From NCBI GenBank assembly GCA_964016885.1, contig OZ024744.1, forward strand, positions 31,930,001 through 31,993,923: 63,923 nt of DNA. Direction: 5' to 3'. Below, in pieces: positions 52,998-63,923 of this stretch. The position numbers and the translations under genes are program-made. The notes below the pieces were generated by a model. The model was not told the DNA's origin. It saw nothing but the letters and a program-made list of their open reading frames with translations, and searched no databases. How positions within the stretch are numbered: the stretch's first letter is position 1; each line of letters begins with the position of its first letter. This DNA is from Eledone cirrhosa (taxonomy: Eukaryota).

Positions 52998-53389
52998 ATT
53001 AAATAAATGGAAAACTATATTTATAAAACCATATTTATTTCATTATATATATTTTTTGGGGATATCATATTAACAATATGCTATGCCTTCATCAGACAAA
53101 ATACAATATAAACAGTTTTATAGATAAATATATTCGACATACCGTAATAAACATCAACTTCATTTGAAGAGGTTTACTCTAGCAGTGAAAATACAGAGAG
53201 AAAGAAAGAGAGAGAGAAAAGAGGGAAATAAGAAAGAAAGAAAGACAAAACGAAGAAAAGGAAGAAAAAGAAGAAAAAGAAAAAGAAGAAATGCATGGGA
53301 CAAAATAGAGAGATGGAAAAATAGATAAAGCGAAGAGCTTCATGTAAAGAGACAGAAAGAGAAATTTTGAGATTGACCTGCCAGTTAGA

Positions 53390-55021
53390 TTGATCGCACC
53401 TTCAAAATCGGACCTGGGCAAATTAAGCAAAAACATTCTTGACAGGGTGATACTGCAAATTAAGAACTTGGATTGTGTATCTAACCTGAGCTTGTGGAAG
53501 GGAACTGGAGAGGTTGTTGAGTGGTTTAGGCAAATTAAATATGACAATAATAATAGGTTTATTCAACTTGATATAGCTAACTATTATTCTTCTATTACCC
53601 CTAGTCTACTAAATAAGGCACTAAATTACGCATTCAAACATACGGACCTAACTAGCAAAGAAATGCATATTATATTATCGGCTAGGAAAACTTTGATAGA
53701 ATTTGATGACAAATTATGGACCAGAGCAGATAGAGATAGCAATTTTGACATAACTATGGGATCTTCCGACTCAGCTCAGGTAACTGACCTTGTGGGCTTA
53801 TTTTTAATCAATTCGCTACATAGGAAAATACCTGGTACTACCGGAGGTTTATATAGGGATGACATGCTTTTACTTATTAATAATAATAACCCTGAACTAA
53901 ATAGAAAATGTAAACAAATTACAACATTTTTTAATTACTTTAACCTTAAAATAGAAATTGAGAACAACCATAGAATAGTCAATTTCCTAGATATAACATT
54001 AAATCTCAACACATGTCTCCACTATCCTTTTCACAAGTTGAATGAAAACTTAAACTATGTCAACTTTAACTCTAACCACCCCAGATCTGTCAAAAACACT
54101 ATAGTAAACTCAGTCCAAAAACGTATCTCTAGGATCTCGTCGAATAGAAAGATTTTTGAAGAAAAGGCCCAATACTATAATGATGCACTAGCTAGGGCAG
54201 GGTATGCTGATAAGATTGTGTACATAGATAATGATAAACAAACTAAACAAAGTAACAACTTTTTTAATTACGGAAACAACATTAACAACTATAATAGAAA
54301 GCATTACAATAATTCCAAAGGACAAAAAAGAAATAGAACTAGGAACATAATTTGGTTTCCCCCCCCCCCCCCCCCTTTTTCACTAAACATTAAAACCCAC
54401 ATCGCTAAATTATTTTTCAAAGCTCTTGATAATCGCTTCCCTAGAACACATAGGTACCACTCAATCTTCAATAGGCATACAATTAAATTAACCTACTCAT
54501 CCACCAAAAATTTAGCACAAAATATTAATAGAATAAATAATAGGAACTTAAAACCTACTGATAATAGCATAAATAATATACAAGTTAACAAATGTAACTG
54601 TAGAGATAGATCTAAATGTCCGTTAAATAACAACTGCTTAGTTAAAAATATAGTATACAATTGTAATGTTAATACTGACTCTAATTCTTTTATCTACGTC
54701 GGTTCCACATCGACGGAATTTAAACTTCGCTATAATAACCACAAGAATTCTTTCACAGATCCAAATAAAAAATCTTCAACGGCACTATCAGGGGTACTCT
54801 GGCAACTTAAGCTAGATAACGTTAGATATTCGACGGCTTGGAATATAGTTTCAAGAGGGATTCCTTTTAATTCATCCTCTGAGACATGTGACCTCTGCGC
54901 AGAGGAGATATTCTTTATACTAAAATCTAAAAATTCCCTTAACCTACGGACAAATTTATTCAGTTGTTGCAAACATAGATTAAACTCAACGTTTAAATAT
55001 AAATTTAAATTTAAAATGTAG
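53390..55021 (+). CDS. PLE reverse transcriptase and GIY-YIG endonuclease, open frame, N-terminus truncated
   Basis: PSKSDLGKLSK, QLDIANYYSSI, MGSSDSAQV, GLYRDD, FLDITL, SNHP, CNCRDRSKCPL, IVY..YVG..FKLRYNNH, CDLCAEE, CKH. Confidence 0.93.
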   Translation: MIAPSKSDLGKLSKNILDRVILQIKNLDCVSNLSLWKGTGEVVEWFRQIKYDNNNRFIQLDIANYYSSITPSLLNKALNYAFKHTDLTSKEMHIILSARKTLIEFDDKLWTRADRDSNFDITMGSSDSAQVTDLVGLFLINSLHRKIPGTTGGLYRDDMLLLINNNNPELNRKCKQITTFFNYFNLKIEIENNHRIVNFLDITLNLNTCLHYPFHKLNENLNYVNFNSNHPRSVKNTIVNSVQKRISRISSNRKIFEEKAQYYNDALARAGYADKIVYIDNDKQTKQSNNFFNYGNNINNYNRKHYNNSKGQKRNRTRNIIWFPPPPPPFSLNIKTHIAKLFFKALDNRFPRTHRYHSIFNRHTIKLTYSSTKNLAQNINRINNRNLKPTDNSINNIQVNKCNCRDRSKCPLNNNCLVKNIVYNCNVNTDSNSFIYVGSTSTEFKLRYNNHKNSFTDPNKKSSTALSGVLWQLKLDNVRYSTAWNIVSRGIPFNSSSETCDLCAEEIFFILKSKNSLNLRTNLFSCCKHRLNSTFKYKFKFKM

Positions 55022-55399
55022 TATATTTAGTTTGATTTATATTTATATGAGAACTAGCCGATAAATCTTTTGATTCCTAAATCTTTGATTCCCTCTTTTT
55101 ACTCTTTTTATTGTTTATTTTATTTTATTTATTTTTATTTTTATTTTTATCTAAACATTCCTCATGAAAAATTAAGCTACCCTAAAAGCCGATGCTCCAA
55201 ATTTTTTGAATTAACCTTACACTTGATAAACTTATATATTAAATATAGGAACATATGTAGACATTATTGGACATCATAATCTTTTTTTTTTTTTGCGATA
55301 TTCCTTGCTAGATGTGATTTGATAGATAATTTTTGGCTTTGTCTTGTAGTGAACTTGACAATATATTGTCAATTAACTTTGAAGGGTTGTTCTTTGTGG

Positions 55400-55500
55400 T
55401 TTATTTTTATTTTCATTTTTATTTTTATTTTTATTTTTATTTTTATTTTTATTTTTATTTTTATTTTTATTTTTATTTTTATTTTTATTTTTATTTTTAT
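55400..55500. repeat. (TTTTTA)n repeat in the PLE 3' UTR
   Basis: Direct reading. Confidence 0.9.
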
Positions 55501-56197
55501 TCTTTTAGTATTGTAGTATTCTATAATATTTTTATTTTTTTTTTTATTTTATTTTATTTTATTTTTATTTTTAATATTTTTATATGTAAATTTTTATTTT
55601 TAATATTTTTATATGTAAAGTTTTAATACGTAATATTTTTAATACGTAGTATTTTTAATATGCAATATTTTTTATTATGTAATATTCTTTCGTAATATTC
55701 TTTTTTAGTTTTCTATTCTATATTTTTATATATTTTTACTTATTATCATTATTATTGTTATCTTTGCTTATAATATAATATATATTTTCGATTAGTATAT
55801 TGAAATCTGCTCTCTATTTCTGCTTGATAGATAATCTTGTAGAGTAATCGCAATAATAATAATACGCTCAAATTTTTATACCACATTGAGAATGTTTTCC
55901 AGTAACTTAGAATTTGCGGAGTGAATCAGTTGGATTCACATTGATGTTTGTAGCTGTCACATAGACATATGAATTTTTTAAAAAACTAAACATAAGATAA
56001 TGAATTTTCACGCATTGTGAATACTTGTTTCATTCAGGAATACTGATATTTACAATATAGTGTAAGTTTTATAAATACTAATACATTAAAACATAGGGTT
56101 TTCTACGCCTCGAATATGTCTGGCTATTTTTAAATTTTTTCTCTCTCTATATCTCTCTATATCTCTCTATATATCTCCCTTACATTAATACTTGAGC

Positions 56198-56232
<35 letters not shown>

Positions 56233-56597
56233 ATGCATCATTGATACACTTACTCAAAATGACCTCCCACTACCTAATTTTTCTATATTTCTATATGTAT
56301 CTATCTCTATTTCCTCTCTCTCTCTATATATATATATATCTCTTTCTGTCTCTTTACATGAAGCTCTTCGCTTTATCTATTTTTCCATCTCTCTATTTTG
56401 TCCCATGCATTTCTTCTTTTTCTTTTTCTTCTTTTTCTTCCTTTTCTTCGTTTTGTCTTTCTTTCTTTCTTATTTCCCTCTTTTCTCTCTCTCTTTCTTT
56501 CTCTCTGTATTTTCACTGCTAGAGTAAACCTCTTCAAATGAAGTTGATGTTTATTACGGTATGTCGAATATATTTATCTATAAAACTGTTTATATTG

Positions 56598-56665
56598 TAT
56601 TTTGTCTGATGAAGGCATAGCATATTGTTAATATGATATCCCCGAAAAATATATATAATGAAATA
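56598..56665 (+). ncRNA. Type I hammerhead ribozyme, family E (slightly degenerate)
   Basis: tattttgt CTGATGA..catatt gtt aatatg..GAAA aa tatata TA atgaaata. Confidence 0.6.
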
Positions 56666-56793
56666 AATATGGTTTTATAAATATAGTTTTCCATTTATTT
56701 AATATTGTAAATATACTCCAAATATTTGTCGAGTGCTTTTATATCAGTTATAAATATTTACTAGTTGTAACCCAACAATTTTAAATATAACTT

Positions 56794-56832
<39 letters not shown>

Positions 56833-56853
56833 TATCATAAATATAACTATCAC

Positions 56854-56907
<54 letters not shown>

Positions 56908-57154
56908 ACTCTTTCTTTCTCTAACTATCAACCTCTCTCGCTCTCTAATTCATTCTCTCTCTCGCTCACTGTCTCTCTCTCTTTCTCTCTCTATATATAA
57001 CTCTTTCTTATTCTCTTTTACTCTGTCTTTCACTCTCCTGTGATTCTCAGTGTCTCTGTTTCCCTCTCTGCAACTCTTTCTTTCTCAATATCACTCTTTA
57101 TATATTTATATATCCCTCTCTGAGTAACCCTGTCTCTCTATATCCCTCTATCTC

Positions 57155-57771
57155 TCACTTTGTTGTAACTCTCTCTCACTGTTGTATCTCTTACTTTCTT
57201 TCTCACTCTCTCTCTGTGTTGTAACTCTCTCTCACTGTTGTATCGCTTACTTTTTTTGTCATTCTCTCTCTCTGTTGTAACTCTCTCTCACTGTTGTATC
57301 TCTTACTTTCTTTCTCACTCTCTCTATCTTTCTCTCTTTCTCTGTTGTAATGCTCTCTCACTGTTGTATCTCTTACTTTCTTTCTGACTCTCTCTCTCTC
57401 TCTGTTGTAACTCTCTCTCACTGATGTATGTCTTACTTTCTTTCTGACTCTCTCTCCCTCTCTCTGTTGTAACTCTCTCTCAGTGTTGTATCACTTACTT
57501 TCTTTCTCACTCTCTCTCCCTCTCTCTGTTGTAACTCTCTCTCTCACTGTTGTATCATTTACTTTCTTTCTCACTCACTATATCTCTGTTGTAACTCTCT
57601 CTCACTGTTGTATTTCTTTCTTTCTTTCTTTCTCACTCTCACTCCCTCTCTCTCTGTTGTAACTCTCTCTCGCGGTTGTATCTCTTTATTTCTCGCTTTC
57701 TCCCTCTCTCACTGTGGTATCTCTTATTTTCTAACTCTCTCTGTCAGTTGTATCTCTTTCGTTTCTTTACA

Positions 57772-57803
<32 letters not shown>

Positions 57804-58217
57804 TCGCTCTCTCACTCTCTCTCTCTCCCCTTTCTCTCTCTCTCGCTCTCTCTCTCTCTATCTCTCTCTCTCTGTTGAACCTCTCTCTCACTGTTGTATC
57901 TCTTACTTTCTTTTACACTCTCTCTCACTCTATTGTAATACTCTCTCACTGTTGTATCTCTTATTTTGTTTCTCACTTGCTCTTTCCCTCCGTTGTAACT
58001 CTCTCTTACTGTTGTATCTCTTACTTTCCCTCTCTCTCACTGTTATATCTCTTACTTTTTCAATCTCACTCTATCTCTCCCTCTGTTGTAACACTCTCTC
58101 ACTGTTGTATCTCTTACTTTCCCTCTCTGTCACTGTTATATCTCTTACTTTTTCACTCTTTCTCTCTCTCTCTCTCTTGTAACTCTCTCTCTCACTGTTG
58201 TATCTATTAAATTCTTT

Positions 58218-58254
<37 letters not shown>

Positions 58255-58540
58255 GTAACTCTCACTCACTGCTGTATCTCTTACTTTATTTCCCACTCTC
58301 TCTCTCTCTGTTGTAACTCTCTCTCACTGTTGTATCTCTTACTTTCTTTCTCATTCTCTCTCTCTCTCTCCCTCTCTCTGTTGGAAGTCTCTCTCACTGT
58401 TGCATCACTTATTTTCTTTCTCACACTCTCTCTCTCTCTCTATTGTAATTCTCTCTCACTGTTGTAGCTCTTACTTTCTTTCTCCCTCTTTCTCTCTATG
58501 TTGTAACTCTCTCTAACTATTGTATCTCTTACGTTCTTTC

Positions 58541-58580
<40 letters not shown>

Positions 58581-59698
58581 CTCTCTCTCTTTCTCCCTCT
58601 CTCTCTCTCTCTCTCTTGTATCTCTTACTTTCCCTCTCTCTATATATCTCTCTCTGTTGTAACTCTCTCTCTCTCACTGTTGTATCTCTTACTATCATTC
58701 TCACTTTCTCTCTCTCTCTGCTGTAACTCTCTCTCACTGTTGTATTTCTTACTATCTTTCTCACTTTCTCTCTCTCTCTGCTGTAACTCTCTCTCACTGT
58801 TGTATTTCTTACTATATTTCTCACTTTCTCTCTCTCTCTGCTGTAACTCTCTCTCACTGTTGTATTTCTTACTATCTTTCTAACTTTCTCTCTCTCTCTG
58901 CTGTAACTCTCTCTCACTGTTGTATTTCTTACTATCTTTCTCACTTTCTCTCTCTCTCTGCTGTAACTCTCTCTCACTGTTGTATTTCTTACTATCTTTC
59001 TCACTTTCTCTCTCTCTCTCTCTCTCTCTGCTGTAACTCTCTCTCACTGTTGTATTTCTTACTATCTTTCTCACTTTCTCTCTCTCTCTGTTGTAACTCT
59101 CTCCCACTGTTGTATTTCTTACTATCTTTCTCACTTTCTCTCTCTCTCTGTTGTAACTCTCTCCCACTGTTGTATTTCTGTCTCACTGTTGTATCTCTTA
59201 CTTTCTTACTTTCTTTCTCACTCTCTCTCTCTCTCTCTGTTGTAACTCTTTCTTTCTTTCACTCTCTCTCTCTCTCTTACTTTCTCACTCTCTCTCTCCC
59301 TGTTGTAACTCTCTCTCACTGTTGTATCTCTTTATTTCTCGCTTTCTCCCTCTCTCTCTGTGGTATCTCTTATTTTCTCACTCTCTCTCTCTGTTGTATC
59401 TCTTTAGTTTCTTTCTCTCTCTCTCTCTCGCTCTCTCTGTTGAACCTCTCTCTCACTCTATTGTAATACTCTCTCACTGTTGTATCTCTTATTTTGTTTC
59501 TCACTCGCTCTCTCCCTCTGTTGTAACTCTCTCTCACTGTTGTATCTCTTACTTTCTCTCTCTGTCACTGTTATATCTCTTACTTTTTCACTCTTACTCT
59601 CTCTGTTGTAACCCTCTCTCACTGTTGTATCTCTTTCTTTATTTCTCTCTCTCTCTCTTCTCTCACTCTCTCTCTCTCTCTCTCTCTGTCTCTATGTC

Positions 59699-59731
<33 letters not shown>

Positions 59732-59836
59732 GTTGTAACTCTCTCTCACTGTTGTATCTCTTACTTTCTTTCTCACTCACTCTCTCTCTGTGTTGTAACT
59801 CTTCATCACCGTTGTATCTCTTACTTCCTTTCCCAT

Positions 59837-59867
<31 letters not shown>

Positions 59868-60520
59868 TGTAGCTCTTACTTTCTTTCTGAATATCTCTCT
59901 CTTTCTCTGTTGTAACTCTCTCTCTCTCACTGTTGTATCTCTTACTTTCTTTCTCACTCTCTCTCTCTCTCTCTCTGCAGTAACTCTCTTTCACTGTTGT
60001 ATATCTTACATTCTTTCTCAATCTCTCTCTCTCTCTGTCTGTAGTAACTCTCTCTCACTGCTGTATCTCTTACTTTCTTTGTCATTCTTTCTCTCTGTTG
60101 TAACTCTCACTCTCTCTCTCTCTGTGATGTAACTCTTCATCACCGTTGTATCTCTTACTTCCTTTCCCACTCTCTCTCACTCTCTCTCGCTCTCCATCTT
60201 TCTCTGTTGTAACTCTCTCTCACTGTTGAATCTCTTATTTTCTTTCTCACTCTCTCTCTCTCACTCTCTTGTAACTCTCTCTCACTGTTGTATATCTTAC
60301 TTTCTTTCTCAGGCTAGCTCTCTCTCTGTTGTAACTCTCTGTCACTGTTGTAACTCTCTCTCACTGTTGTATCTCTTACTTTCTTTCTCACTCTCTCTCA
60401 CACTGTTGTAAACTCTCTCTCTCTTCTGTTGAAACTTTCCCTCACTCTGGTATAACTTACTTTCTTTGCCACTCTCTCTCATTCTGTTGTAACTCTCTCT
60501 CACTGTTGTATCTCTTACTT

Positions 60521-60574
<54 letters not shown>

Positions 60575-60844
60575 GTAACTCTCTCTCACTGTTGTGTCTC
60601 TTACTTTCTTTCTCTCTCTCTCAATCTCTATCTCTCTGTTGTAACTCTCTCTCACTGTTGCAGCTCTTACTTTCTTTCTGAATCTCTCTCCCTCTCTTTG
60701 TTGTAACTCTCTCTTACTGTTGTATCTCTTACTTTCTTTCTCACTCTCCCCTCTCTCTCTCTGTGGAAACTCTCTCTCACTGTTGTATTGCTTACTTTCT
60801 TTGTCATTCTCTCTCTCTCTCTCTCTCTGTGGTATCTCTTACTT

Positions 60845-60886
<42 letters not shown>

Positions 60887-60959
60887 TCTCTCTCTCACTC
60901 TCTCTCTCTCTGCTGTATCTCTGTCTCACTGTTGTATCTCTTACTTTCTTTCTCACTCA

Positions 60960-61018
<59 letters not shown>

Positions 61019-61121
61019 TGTAACTCTCTCTCACCGTTGCATCTCGTACTTTCTTTCTCACTCTCACTCTCTCTGTTGTAACCCTCTCTCACTGTTGTAT
61101 CTCTTACTTTCTTTCTCACAC

Positions 61122-61160
<39 letters not shown>

Positions 61161-61894
61161 TGTGACTCTTCCTTACCGTTGTATCTCTTACTTCCTTTCC
61201 CACTCTCTCTCAGTCTCTCTTTTGTAACTCTCTCTCACTGTGGTATCTCTTACTTTCTCTCACACTCTCTCTCTCTGTTTCAACTCTCTCTCACTGATGT
61301 ATCTCTTACTTTCTCACTGTCTCGAACTCTGTTGTAACTCTCTCTCTCTCTCATTGTTGTATATCTTACTTTCTTTCTCACTCTCTCTCTCTCTGTCTGT
61401 CTGTAGTAACTCTCTCTCACTGTTGTATCTCTTACTTTCTTTGTCATTCTCCCTCTCTGTGATGTAACTCTTCATCACCGTCGTATCTCTTACTTCCTTT
61501 CCCACTCTCTCTCACTCTCTCTCTCTATCTTTCTCTATTGTAACTCTCTCTCTCACTGTTGTATCTCTTACTTTCTTTCTCACTCTCTCTCTCTCTCACT
61601 CTGTTGTACTCTCTCTCACTGTTGTATATCTTACTTTCTTTCTCAGGCTAGCTCTCTCTCTGTTGTAACTCTCTCTCACTGTTGTAACTCTCTCTCACTG
61701 TTGTATCTCTTCCTTTCTTCTCACTCTCTCTCTCTCTCACTCTGTTGTAACTCTCTCTCACTGTTGTATATCTTACTTTCTTTCTCAGGCTATCTCTCTC
61801 TCTGTTGAAACCTCTCTCTCACTCTGGTATAACTTACTTTTTTTGCCACTCTCTCTCATTCTGTTGTAACTCTCTCTCACTGTTGTATATCTTA

Positions 61895-61964
<70 letters not shown>

Positions 61965-62287
61965 GTAACTCTCTCTCACTGTTATATCTCTTACTTTCTT
62001 TGCCACTCTCTCTCATTCTGTTGTAACTCTCTCTCACTGTTGTATCTCTTACTTTCTTTCTCTCTCTCTCAATCTCTATCTCTCTGTTGTAAATCTTTCT
62101 CACTGTTGCAACTCTTACTTTCTTTCTGACTCTCTCTCCCTCTCTTTGTTGTAACTCTCTCTTACTGTTGTATCTCTTACTTTCTTTCTCACCTCTCCCT
62201 CTCTCTCTCTGTGGAAACTCTCTCTCACTGTTGTATCGCTTACTTTCTTTGTCGCTCTCTCTCTCTCTCTGTCTGTGGTATCTCTTA

Positions 62288-62329
<42 letters not shown>

Positions 62330-62387
62330 CTCTCTCTCTGCTGTTTCTTCTGTCTCACTGTTGTATCTCTTACTTTCTTTCTCACTC

Positions 62388-62453
<66 letters not shown>

Positions 62454-63016
62454 TGTAACTCTCTCTCACCGTTGCATCTCGTACTTTCTTTCCCACTCTC
62501 ACTCTCTCTGTTGTAACCCTCTCTCACTGTTGTATCTCTTACTTTCTTTCTCTCTCTCTCTCTCTCTCTCTCCTCTCTCTCTCCTCTCTCTCTCTCTCTC
62601 GTACTGCTGTGCCTCTTACGTTCTCACTTTCTCTCTCTCTGTTGTAACTCTCTCTCCCGGTTGTATATCTTACTTTCTTTCTCCCTCTCTCTCTCTCTCT
62701 TTAACTCCCTCTTTCTCTGTATCTCTTACTTTCTTTCTCACTCTCTCTCTCTCTCTCTGCTGTAACTCTCTCTCACCGTTGCATCTCGTACTTTCTTTCT
62801 CACTCTCACTCTCTCTGTTGTAACCCTCTCTCACTGTTGTATCTGTTACTTTCTTTCTCACTCTCTCTCTCTCTCTCTCACTGCTGTACCTCTTACGTTC
62901 TCACTTTCTCTCTCTCTGTTGTAACTCTCTCCACCTGTTGTATATCTTACTTTCTTTCTCACTCTCTCACTCTCTCTTGTAATTCCCTCTATCTCTGGTA
63001 TCTCTTACTTTCTTTC

Positions 63017-63055
<39 letters not shown>

Positions 63056-63367
63056 TGTAACTCTTCATCACCGTTGTATCTCTCATTTCCTTTCCCACTC
63101 TCTCTCACTCTCTCTGTAAACTCTCTCTCACTGTGGTATCTCTTACTTTCTCTCACACTCTCTCCCTCTGTTGCAACTCTCTCTCACTGTTGTATCTCTT
63201 ACTTTCTCACTGTCTCTCGCTCTGTTGTAACTCTCTCTCTCACTGTTGTATATCTTACTTTCTTTCTCCCTCTCTCTCTCTGTGTTGTAACTATTCATCA
63301 CCGTTGTATCACTTACTTCCTTTCCCACACACTCTCTCTCTCCCTATCTCTCTCTCTCTCTCCATCT

Positions 63368-63437
<70 letters not shown>

Positions 63438-63545
63438 GTTGTAACTCTCTCTCACTGTTGTAGCTCTTACTTTCTTTCTGAATATCCCTCTCTCTCTCTG
63501 TTGTAACTCTCTCTCTCCCTGTTGTTTTATCTTACTTTCTTTCTC

Positions 63546-63583
<38 letters not shown>

Positions 63584-63847
63584 AACTCCCTCTGTCTCTG
63601 GTATCTCTTACTTTCTTTCTCACTCTCTCTCTCTCTGCAGTAAACTCTCTCTCACTGTTGTATCTCTTACTTTCTTTCCCACTCTCTCTCTGCCTATTTT
63701 GTAGCACTCTCTCACTGTTGTATCTCTTACTTTCTTTCTCACTCTCTCTCTCTCTGCTGTAACTCTCTCTCACCGTTGCATCTCGTACTTCCTTTCTCAC
63801 TCTCACTCTCTCTGTTTAACCCTCTCTCACTGTTGTATCTCTTACTT

Positions 63848-63890
<43 letters not shown>
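57155..63890. repeat. Complex pyrimidine-rich satellite (~50-70-bp unit with variable (CT)n)
   Basis: Unit ctctgttgtaactctctctcactgttgtatctcttactttctttctca(ct)n over 6.7 kb. Confidence 0.95.
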
Positions 63891-63892
<2 letters not shown>

Positions 63893-63923
63893 CGCCGATT
63901 TTTCGATACTCGATCTTTCTAAT

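Larger units (their letters stand above)
52992..56797 (+). mobile_element. PLE (Hydra-clade-like) with 380-bp inverted 5' pLTR; carries a family E pLTR
   Basis: 52992-53372 is the reverse complement of 56338-56709; ORF 53390-55021; HHR at 56598-56665. Confidence 0.92.

Overview
Gene-free, repeat-saturated animal DNA, probably cephalopod/Octopus-like (inferred from the SINE types and the extreme (TA)n/(CA)n/(CT)n density). I recognise no host protein-coding gene, and most ORFs in the track are microsatellite artefacts. The window holds four C-terminal GIY-YIG Penelope-like elements (PLEs) with a CxCx5C linker (Hydra-clade-like; one keeps an open 543-aa RT-EN frame) and 3' remnants of other PLEs. 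It also holds a decayed Tx1/L1 LINE, RTE LINE fragments, non-autonomous Helitrons, hAT and Tigger-like MITEs, tRNA-derived SINEs, a 45-bp minisatellite and a 6.7-kb pyrimidine-rich satellite. The main hidden signal is about 35-40 type I hammerhead ribozyme (HHR) motifs from roughly 15 sequence families, read by eye on both strands. Almost all lie in short modules inside (TA)n tracts, often as head-to-head inverted pairs. Two ORF-less families (~425 nt and ~320 nt, one HHR each) are terminally redundant or circularly permuted and look like retrozyme-type circular-RNA mobile elements. Several families carry non-canonical cores (U3:A8, U4A) or large stem II inserts. All structures were paired manually; coordinates may be off by a few bases and no activity is demonstrated.
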